Source: Nemertoderma westbladi (Eukaryota > Animalia > Xenacoelomorpha). Taken from it: 35,209 nucleotides of DNA. A model generated the notes under the pieces. It was not told where the DNA came from. It did not search any database and worked only from the letters and a program-made list of their open reading frames with translations. The position numbers and the translations under genes were made by a program. Positions within the stretch are counted from its first letter, which is position 1, and every line of letters starts with the position of its first letter. Of this stretch, positions 9,243 through 18,754 are shown in pieces. The stretch lies in the NCBI GenBank assembly GCA_032718475.1, contig JAUCBJ010007782.1, positions 1 to 35,209 on the forward strand. Reading direction: 5' to 3'.

Positions 9243-10061
9243 GAGCACAACATTGAAAAGGAACTTGAAAAAATAGTTAACCTGGATTTCTTCTACGTGA
9301 GTTCATGCAATTGGTAACAAAACAATAAGAACGGTAAGATTTCGTCATGTTTGTGTTGCTCTCAGTGTGCGAAACTGCAAACACAGTTGATTGATAAAGT
9401 TGATAGGTAAATTTGGACCTTATATTTTCTTTCAATTTCATATTTAATTTTACTATGTTTTAATATTATTAAATATATCCGCATTCATTGGTTGTGTGTG
9501 GGTTTAATTTTAATATAGCTAATATGTTGCTATAAACAAACATAGGTATAGCTATCCATCACCACCGTGTTCTAGAACATAATCGCAATACATACTGTGA
9601 TATTATTATTAAATGCGTTTAAATCCAATGTGAAACTTCAGAAATGGTTTATTGGCATTTTTACAGAAAGAATAAGGTCCACGAATAATACTAGGTAGGA
9701 CAACCCCTACAGTGCCGCTATAAACGAATAAAAATAGTCTTATAAACAACGAACATTGCATTGTTGTGCCCAATTAATAATATAAATATCTTATCTTTAT
9801 AACTAAAATTACCCCACATCAAACAATAGTAAAATGCTGTTAGCTAGAGAATGTTGTTAGCGTTGTCTAGCGACAAAGTGGAACAGAAAGTGGAACAGTA
9901 AATCAGACCGTTTAAACTAAGATTTTCCCGCGCTGGTGTATAAACCCCTCAATCTCAGCCGGAACTCGATGAAATTAAAAACGGTTTTCAGATTCGTGAT
10001 CAGCACACCTTTTTACATTTTATGATCGTGTTTATAGAAATTTTTTTTTTGAGTCACCAAC

Positions 10062-10191
10062 CCTATTGCAGTAGAGAGCCTCGGAGGTTTCGGCCCACGT
10101 CAACGGTGACCCAAGGTCCTCCACTTTCCTTAGACAGCGCAATGGAATTTGTGTCCAAGCTGGAAATGCTTCCTGCATCAAGGATCCCTGA
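10062..10191 (+). mobile_element. 3' fragment of a CRE-like non-LTR element (restriction-like endonuclease C-terminus), internally deleted
   Basis: Manual translation gives PIAVESLGGFGP (from 10062) and, in another frame, GDPRSSTFLRQRNGICVQAGNASCIKDP* (10105-10191). This fits the P.avEt.G.wg......gd.....fl.QRls.avQrGNa motif. Confidence 0.75.
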
Positions 10192-10371
10192 ACTACACCC
10201 CCCTATCCCTATCATCAAAGACTTGAACTCTAAAGACCATTTGCACACCCTAAGCCCGTCTCTTTGCTCTGTGCCTTTTTTTTCCTTTTATTTTTTTTAT
10301 TTTGCTTTTTGGTATTTCTTCTTTATTTATCTTTGCAGTTACAGTATTACCGGGTATCCTTAAATATATAA

Positions 10372-11009
10372 TTGTTGTATTATGTTGTATTTTCCTGTAT
10401 TATGTTGTATCATCCTGAATTATGTTGTATTATCCTGTATTATGTTGTATTATCCTGAATTGTGTTGTATTTTCCTGTATTATGTTGTATTTTCCTGTAT
10501 TATGTTGTATTATCCTGAATTGTGTTGTATTATCCTGTATTATGTTGTATTATCCTGAATTGTGTTGTATTTTCCTGTATTATGTTTTATTTTCCTGTAT
10601 TATGTTGTATTTTCCTGTATTATGTTGTATTTTCCTGTATTATGTCGTATTATCCTGAATTATGTCGTATTATCCTGTATTATGTTGTATTATCCTGAAT
10701 TGTGTTGTATTTTCCTGTATTACAGTATGTTGTATTTTCCTGTATTATGTTGTATTATCCTGAATTGTGTTGTATTATCCTGTATTATGTTGTATTATCC
10801 TGAATTGTGTTGTATTTTCCTGTATTATGTTGTATTTTCCTGTATTATGTTGTATTTTCCTGTTTTATGTTGTATTTTCCTGTATTATGTTGTATTATCC
10901 TGTATTATGTTGTATTTTCCTGTATTATGTTGTATTTTCCTGTATTATGTTGTATTTTCCTGTTTTATGTTGTATTTTCCTGTATTATGTTGTATTATCC
11001 TGTATTATA
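10372..11009. repeat. 20-bp satellite (dimer of 10-mers: TATTATGTTG + TATTATCCTG/TATTTTCCTG), left block
   Basis: Directly visible, about 32 units. Confidence 0.97.
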
Positions 11010-11029
11010 CACTGAAGCACAAACCTAGA

Positions 11030-14000
11030 GGTGTAATACCAGGGGGTGGTGTTGCTTGCATATCGAAAGAAATCCTTCGACTAAAACAACACGAATGTAA
11101 GTTTTACTACTTAACTTTCGATTACACTGAACTAACATTTGTGCATTGCGGGACTGTAATTAGACTGCTAATTATTTACCGAACGTGCCCAACGGGTTCA
11201 CAGCTTCATTGTTTTTTGAAGAATTTGCAGATCTTCTACAATGTATAATTATTCTACCTGGACGTTTAGTCATCTTGGGAGATTTTAATTTCCATGTTGA
11301 TGTATTGAATGATAAAGAAGCTGGCGAATTCTTGGATGTAATAAACTGTTTTGGGCTCCAACAATGGGTCCATGAACCAACACACATAAAAGGTCATACC
11401 GAGATCTGGTTCTAACTACGACAGATGACGACCACATTATTAAGAATGTAAGTGTGCGAAATATCGGTCTATCTGACCACTTTGCGATATATTTCAACAT
11501 TAACATTAACAAACCTGAAGTACAAATCGGAAAGATTTCTTTCAGGAACATGAAAAAATTTGATTTGGATATGTTCTTGGGTGACGTGGCGCGGTCACCT
11601 CTTTGTGCAGAGGAATCACACTCGGAGATGAACATTACCGAGCTCACCGATTTATACAATGATACTCTGAGTAATATATTTAACAATCATGTCCCAGTAG
11701 TGGAAAAGACTATCATTAAACACCCTAATGCTAAATGGTATAATAATGACATTACAATTGAAAAAAGAAAACGACGCCAACTAGAACGCAGATATCGGAA
11801 GTCAAAACTTGCAATAGATTGTATTGCATATCGTCAACAATGTAATGTGGTCTCTGAAATTATTGTCGCTGCCAAGGAAGAGTACTATAGCAACATCATA
11901 AAAACTAATTTTGGTGATCAAAAGACGCTTTTCACAGTTATTAATAAAATTCTACACCGCAATAATAAAAACGTTCTCCCATCACATGATGATGATAAAT
12001 TGTTAGCAAATGCATTCATAAATTTCTTTGAAAATAAAATATCAAATATCCGCGATGATATATTGGGCGACCCTCCCGAGTCGACTGTTGCTACGGGCGA
12101 CCCTCCCGAGTCGACGGTTGCTACGGGCGACCCTCCCGAGTCGATGATTGCTACGGGCGACCCTCCCGCGTCGATTGTTGCTACGGGCGACCCTCCCGAG
12201 CCGATGGTTGCTACGGGCGACCCTCCCGAGTCGATGGTTGCTACGGACGACCCTCCCGAGTCGACGGTTGCTACGGGCGACCCTCCCGAGTCGATAGTTG
12301 CTACGGGCGACCCTCCCGAGTCGTCGGTTGCTACGGGCGACCCTCCCGAGTCGATGGTTGCTACGGGCGACCCTCCCGAGTCAATGGCTGCTACGGGCGA
12401 CCCTCCCGAGTCGATGGTTGCTACGGGCGACCCTCCCGAGTCGACGGATGCTACGGGCGATCCTCCCGAGTCGATGGTTGCTACGGGCGACCCTCCCGAG
12501 TCAATGGCTGCTACGGGCGACCCTCCCGAGTCGACGGTTGCTACGGGCGACCCTCCCGAGTCGATGGTTGCTACGGGCGACCCTCCCGAGTCGATGGTTG
12601 CTACGGGCGACCCTCCCGAGTCGATGGTTGCTACGGGCGACCCTCCCGAGTCGATGGTTGCTACTGGCGACCCTCCCGAGTCGATGGTTGCTACGGGCGA
12701 CCCTCCCGAGTCGATGGTTGCTACGGGCGATCCTCCCGAGTCGACGGTTGCTACGGGCGACCCTCCCGAGTCGACGGTTGGTACGGGCGACCCTCCCGAG
12801 TCGATGGTTGCTATGGGCGACCCTCCCGAGTCGATGGTTGCTACGGGCGAGCCGGGCGAGTTGACGGTTGCTACGGGCGAGCCGGGCGAGTTGACGGTTG
12901 CTACGGGCGACCCTCCCGAGTCGTCGGTTACTGTGGGCGACCCTCCTGAGTCGACTGTTACTATGGGCGACCCTGGCGTTTATGCTGGCGACCCATCTAT
13001 GTGCAATGATGCAATTCCGCCTGAAATACTCACAGACTTTCGTAAGGTGTCATGGATGAAACTGCTACTCTTATAAAAGAGTCGAAATCGAAATCTAGCC
13101 CCCATGACCCATTGCCGACACGAGTTCTCAAATTATCAATAGATCTGCTTCTGCCAATCATAACATTGATAATAAATCTATCTATAACAACTGCGACTGT
13201 ACCCTATTTACTAAAGGAGGCTATACTCCCACCGGTTTTAAAGAAAGTCAGCATGGATCCCGAAATATTTAAGAATTTTCGACCATTATCTAACTTATTA
13301 TTTATATCGAAGCTAGTTGAGAGGGCGGTAGCACAGCAGCTAATTACACATATGAATCTACATGGTTTATATGAGCCAATGCAGAGTGCCAACCGGCAGT
13401 TCCATGGCACTGAAACTGCTTTATTGAAGGTCAACAACGATATATTGCGTGAAATCGATGGTGGCTCAACAGTGCTTCTGATATTATTAGATTTAAGTGC
13501 CGCATTTGACACTGTCGATCACAATAAACTAATATATATTATGGATAATTGTATTGGGGTTCGTGGGACGGCATTGGACTGGTTCACATCTTATCTCCAT
13601 GGACGAACACAAGGAGTCAGGATTGGGGAGTCTTATTCAAAGCACCAAGATATTAAGTTTGGATTACCCCAAGGATCAGTGCTTGGTCCACTACTTTTTT
13701 CGATATATACTCGTTCACTATCACAGGTAATCAGGAAATACGGTCTTTCTCTCCATTTGTATGCTGACGACACGCAGTTGTATATATCATTCAAACCTAT
13801 AAATTATGTGGATGCTGTAAGTATAACCGAAAATTGCCTCAGAGATGTAAGAATTTGGATGAAGGACCATTTTTTAAAAATGAATACAGATAAAACCGAG
13901 GTACTATTACTGCAGTCACGATTTGGTGACCAAGTTGCCCCCATCAAAGTTAATATTGGAAATGATTTTATATCTAACAGCGATCACGCACGAAATATAG

Positions 14001-14614
14001 GTTTCATCATGGACTCGCACCTTACCTTTAAAAAACAAATCTCCAATGTTGTACGAGACTCGTTCTACCATCTTCGGAACCTATCTAAAATCAAGCGATA
14101 TCTCTGCAAACCCGACTTAGAAATCTTAATACATGCTTTCATTACAAGTAAATTGGATAATAATAATTATCTTTATTATGGATTGCCTGCCAAATATATG
14201 AAAAAGCTGCAATATGTACAAAACTCTGCCGCGCGACTATTAGAAAGTGTCAAGAAGCGAGAACACATAACTCCCGTTCTAAAACGACTTCATTGGCTCC
14301 CTATTATTAGACGGGTGGAATTCAAATTGGCAATGTTGTGCTATAAGTGTCTGAATGGCTTGGCACCGCACTATCTCAGCGACTTATTGACGCCATACAC
14401 ACCCGGTAGAGAATTACGCTCGAGCGCGGGTAATCTTTTGGTAACCCCTCGGTACTCGCTAGAGAACTATGGCAGGCGCGCATTCTCCATTGCCGGGCCA
14501 CGTGTTTGGAACTCACTACCTTATGACGTGCGATCAGCCACTACATTGACAACTTTTAAATCGAAACTGAAAACTGTTTTATTTCAACGCGAGTACCATG
14601 ATGCGCCTTTTTAA
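11030..14614 (+). pseudogene. L2 ORF2 (APE endonuclease + reverse transcriptase) broken by frameshifts near 11185, 11400 and 13050; RT segment 13052..14614 open
   Basis: Consecutive ORF pieces (end of 10562..11248, 11185..11415, 11454..13076, 13052..14614) carry successive ORF2 motifs in different frames. Confidence 0.9.
12066..12975 (+). repeat. GC-rich 30-bp minisatellite (about 30 copies), in frame in L2 ORF2, encoding (GDPPESMVAT)n
   Basis: Unit GGCGACCCTCCCGAGTCGATGGTTGCTACG with an exact 30-bp register and no indels. Confidence 0.97.
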
Positions 14615-14695
14615 CTCATTTTAACTCATTGTATATATGTTTTTATGTCAACATGTTTTTACTATTTTTTACCGTATTGTTAATTTTTTTTCAAA

Positions 14696-14758
14696 AGCGC
14701 CTTGAAATATGCCTAGAAAGGCGCTATATAAATAAATATATATTATATTATTATTATT
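14696..14758 (+). other. L2 3'-terminal RT-recognition stem-loop and simple-repeat tail
   Basis: AGCGCCTT (14696-14703) pairs with AAGGCGCT (14718-14725), then ATATAAATAAA and (TAT)n, the typical end of L2-type LINEs. Confidence 0.85.
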
Positions 14759-17700
14759 GTGTTGTATTTTTCTGTATTATGTTGTATTATCCCGTATTAT
14801 GTTGTATTTTTCTGTATTATGTTGTATTATCCTGTATTATGGTGTATTTTTCTGTATTATGTTGTATTATCCTGTATTATGTTGTATTTTTCTGTATTAT
14901 GTTGTATTATCCTGTATTATGTTGTATTATCCTGTATTATGCTGTAATATCCTGTATTATGTTGTATTATCCTGTATTATGTTGTATTATCCTGAATTGT
15001 GTTGTATTATCCTGTATTATGTTGTATTATCCTGTATTATGTTGTATTATCCTGTATTATGTTGTATTATCCTGTATTATGTTGTATTTTTCTGTATTAT
15101 GTTGTATTATCCTGTATTATGTTGTATTTTTCTGTGTTATGTTGTATTTTTCTGTATTATGTTGTATTATCCTGTATTATGTTGTATTTTTCTGTATTAT
15201 GTTGTATTATCCTGTATTATGTTGTATTTTTCTGTATTATCTTGTATTATCCTGTATTATGTTGTATTACCTGTATTATGTTGTATTTTTCTGTATTATG
15301 TTGTATTATCCTGTATTATGTTGTATTTTTCTGTATTATGTTGTATTATCCTGTATTATGTTGTATTATCCTGTATTATGTTGTATTTTTCTGTATTATG
15401 TTGTATTTTTCTGTATTATGTTGTATTATCCTGTATTATGTTGTATTTTCCTGTATTATGTTGTATTATCCTGTATTATGTTGTATTTTTCTGTATTATG
15501 TTGTATTATCCTGTATTATGTTGTATTTTTCTGTATTATGTTGTATTATCCTGTATTATGTTGTATTTTTCTGTATTATGTTGTATTATCCTGTATTATG
15601 TTGTATTATCCTATATTATGTTGTATTTTTCTGTATTATGTTGTATTATCCTGTATTATGTTGTATTAATGTATTATGTTGTATTATCCTGTATTATGTT
15701 GTATTATCCTGTATTATGTTGTATTATCCTGTATTATGTTGTATTATCCTGTATTATGTTGTATTATCCTGTATTATGTTGTATTATCCTGTATTATGTT
15801 GTATTATCCTGTATTATGTTGTATTATCATGTACTATGTTGTATTTTTCTGTATTATGTTGTATTTTTCTGTATTATGTTGTATTATTGTGTATTATGTT
15901 GCATTTTTCTGTATTATGTTATATTATCCTGTATTATGTTGTATTTTTCTGTATTATGTTGTATTTTTCTGTATTATGTTGTATTTTTCTGTATTATGTT
16001 GTATTATCCTGTATTATGTTGTATTTTCCTGTATTATGTTGTATTATCCTGTATTATGTTGTATTTTTCTGTATTATGTTGTATCATCCTGTATTATGTT
16101 GTATTTTTCTGTATTATGTTGTATTATCCTGTATTATGTTGTATTATGTTGTATTATCCTGTATTATGTTGTATTATCCTGTATTATGTTGTATTATCCT
16201 GTATTATGTTGTATTATCCTGTATTATGTTGTATTATCCTGTATTATGTTGTATTTTTCTGTATTATGTTGTATTATCCTGTATTATGTTGTATTATCCT
16301 GTAATATGTTGTATTTTCCTGTATTATGTTGTATTTTTCTGTATTATGTTGTATTTTTCTGTATTATGTTGTATTATCCTGTATTATGTTGTATTTTCCT
16401 GTAATATGTTGTATTTTTCTGTATTGTTGTATTATCCTGTATTATCCTGTATTATGTTGTATTTTCCTGTATTATGTTGTATTATCCTGTATTATGTTGT
16501 ATTATCCTGTATTATGTTGTATTATCCTGTTTTATGTTGTATTATCCTGTATTATGTTGTATTTTTCTGTATTATGTTGTATTTTTCTGTATTATGTTGT
16601 ATTATCCTGTATTATGTTGTATTTTTCTGTATTATGTTGTATTTTTCTGTATTATGTTGTATTATCCTGTATTATGTTGTATTTTTCTGTATTATCCTGT
16701 ATTATGTTGTATTTTTCTGTATTATGTTGTATTACCTGTATTATGTTGTATTTTTCTGTATTATGTTGTATTATCCTGTATTATGTTGTATTTTTCTGTA
16801 TTATGTTGTATTATCCTGTATTATGTTGTATTTTTCTGTATTATGTTGTATTATCCTTTATTATGTTGTATTTTTCTGTATTATGTTGTATTTTTCTGTA
16901 TTATGTTGTATTTTTCTGTATTATGTTGTATTTTTCTGTATTATGTTGTATTATCCTGTATTATGTTGTATTTTTCTGTATTATGTTGTATTTTTCTGTA
17001 CTACTACTACTACTACTAGGTCGAGCGAACTCGGACAGTGGAAATGAGATCCTTCCAGGCTTCCCGATTCTCCATAGTTGTTGCAATTTCGTTTCTCCTA
17101 AATTCAGTATCCCTTTCAAGTTGATCTATATGTTATGGCCGGTCGTCCACGACTACGCTTTCCATGAGTTGGTTGCCAGAAAAGTAGATCTGGTATGACC
17201 TCGTCTTTACTTCGCCAGCAGTGCCCACTGAGAGCTACCCAAGCCTTTGCTTTCCTAACTTCTATGTCCTTTTCTGTATTATGTTGTTACTTTTCTCTAT
17301 TTTTCTGTATTATGTTGTATTATCCTGTATTATGTTGTATTTTTCTGTATTATGTTGTATTATCCTGTATTATGTTGTATTTTTCTGTATTATCCTGTAT
17401 TATGTTGTATTTTTCTGTATTATGTTGTATTATCCTGTATTATGTTGTATTTTTCTGTATTATGTTGTATTATCCTGTAATTTTTCTGTATTATGTTGTA
17501 TTTTTCTGTATTATGTTGTATTATCCTGTATTATGTTGTATTATCCTGTATTATGTTGTATTTTTCTGTATTATGTTGTATTTTTCTGTATTATGTTGTA
17601 TTATCCTGTATTATGTTGTATTATCCTGTATTATGTTGTATTATCCTATATTATGTTGTATTATCCTGTATTATGTTGTATTATCCTGCATTATGTTGTA

Positions 17701-18340
17701 TTATCCTGTATTATGTTGTATTTTTCTGTATTATGTTGTATTATCCTGTATTATGTTGTATTTTTCTGTATTATGTTGTTTTTTTCTGTATTATGTTGTA
17801 TTATCCTGTATTATGTTGTATTTTTCTGTATTATGTTGTATTTTTCTGTATTATGTTGTATTATCCTGTATTATGTTGTATTATGTTGTATTTTTCTGTA
17901 TTATGTTGTATTGTCCTGTATTATGTTGTATTATCCTGTATTATGTTGTATTTTTCTGTATTATGTTGTATTATCCTGTATTATGTTGTATTATCCTGTA
18001 TTATGTTGTATTATCCTGTATTATGTTGTATTATCCTGTATTATGTTGTATTATCCTGTATTATGTCGTATTATTCTGTATTATGTTGTATTATCCTGTA
18101 TTATGTTGTATTATCCTGTATTATGTTGTATTTTTCTGTATTATGTTGTATTATCCTGTATTATGTTGTATTTTTCTGTATTATGTTGTATTATCCTGTA
18201 TTATGTTGTATTATCCTGTATTATGTTGTATTTTCCTGTATTATGTTGTATTTTTCTGTAATATGTTGTATTATCCTGTATTATGTTGTATTATCCTGTA
18301 TTATGTTGTATTTTTCTGTATTATGTTGTATTATGTTATT
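14759..18340. repeat. 20-bp satellite, right block (TATTATGTTG + TATTATCCTG/TATTTTTCTG), interrupted at 17001-17270
   Basis: Directly visible; about 3.3 kb of satellite sequence. Confidence 0.97.
17001..17270 (-). mobile_element. RTE-clade LINE family B, short 3' fragment with (TAG)n tail, inserted in the satellite
   Basis: Minus strand translates DIEVRKAKAWVALSGHCWRSKDEVIPDLLFWQPTHGKRSRGRPAITYIDQLERDT, then after a frameshift EIATTMENREAWKDLISTVRVRST*, followed by more TAG repeats. Confidence 0.9.
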
Positions 18341-18501
18341 ATCTCGATTTTTGTTGTATTAATCAAATATAACAAATAGTTACCTTAATAAATAAAAATA
18401 GCCAAGTTTTCACAATAAATCAGACTATATTGTATTGCATATTGCATAATTGCTAACAGATTTCGAAGTCGAACTAATAAACATAATGCTTCTAGAAAAT
18501 A

Positions 18502-18514
18502 TTTATTATTTATT
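18502..18514 (-). promoter_or_regulatory. Candidate Nup93 polyadenylation signals (two AATAAA)
   Basis: TTTATT at 18502-18507 and 18509-18514, about 240 nt after the stop codon. Another lies at 18738-18743. Confidence 0.4.
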
Positions 18515-18754
18515 ATATTTCTCCAACCGTTTCCTCTGAGTCAAAGTTTTCTCTAAGATTACATAAGATTTCCATTTAAATCTCGTTGTAAAGTTCATAT
18601 GGAATATTGATGGCATTGAAAACCATTGATATATGACATTTATATGACATATTAGCTGGCCGTTCGCATATCAACTACCAGATGGTGCGACTTTATGCTG
18701 TTATGCTATTGCACAGCATATTAATTAGGATCAGGAGTTTATTCGAAGAACTGT

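Larger units (their letters stand above)
11010..14758 (+). mobile_element. L2-clade (CR1/L2 group) LINE, 5'-truncated, inserted in the 20-bp satellite
   Basis: APE motifs GGGVA, IIYR, LVILGDFNFH, PTH..GH and SDH. RT motifs LDLSAAFDTVDH, PQGSVLGPLLF and LYADDTQLY. L2-type C-terminus HITPVLKRLHWLP..RAFS..GP..WNSLP..FKSKLKT, followed by a 3' stem-loop and (TAT)n tail. Confidence 0.95.

Noticed and set aside
12298-12864. (LLRATLPSRW)n ORF
   Set aside because: Alternative frame of the 30-bp repeat; the ORF2 frame is the one continuous with the flanking LINE motifs.
14629-18379. Many long Cys/Tyr/Ile/Val-rich ORFs (up to 682 aa), also at 10422-11028
   Set aside because: Artefacts of a 20-bp satellite whose main units lack stop codons on the plus strand; all three frames give the same cyclic peptide.
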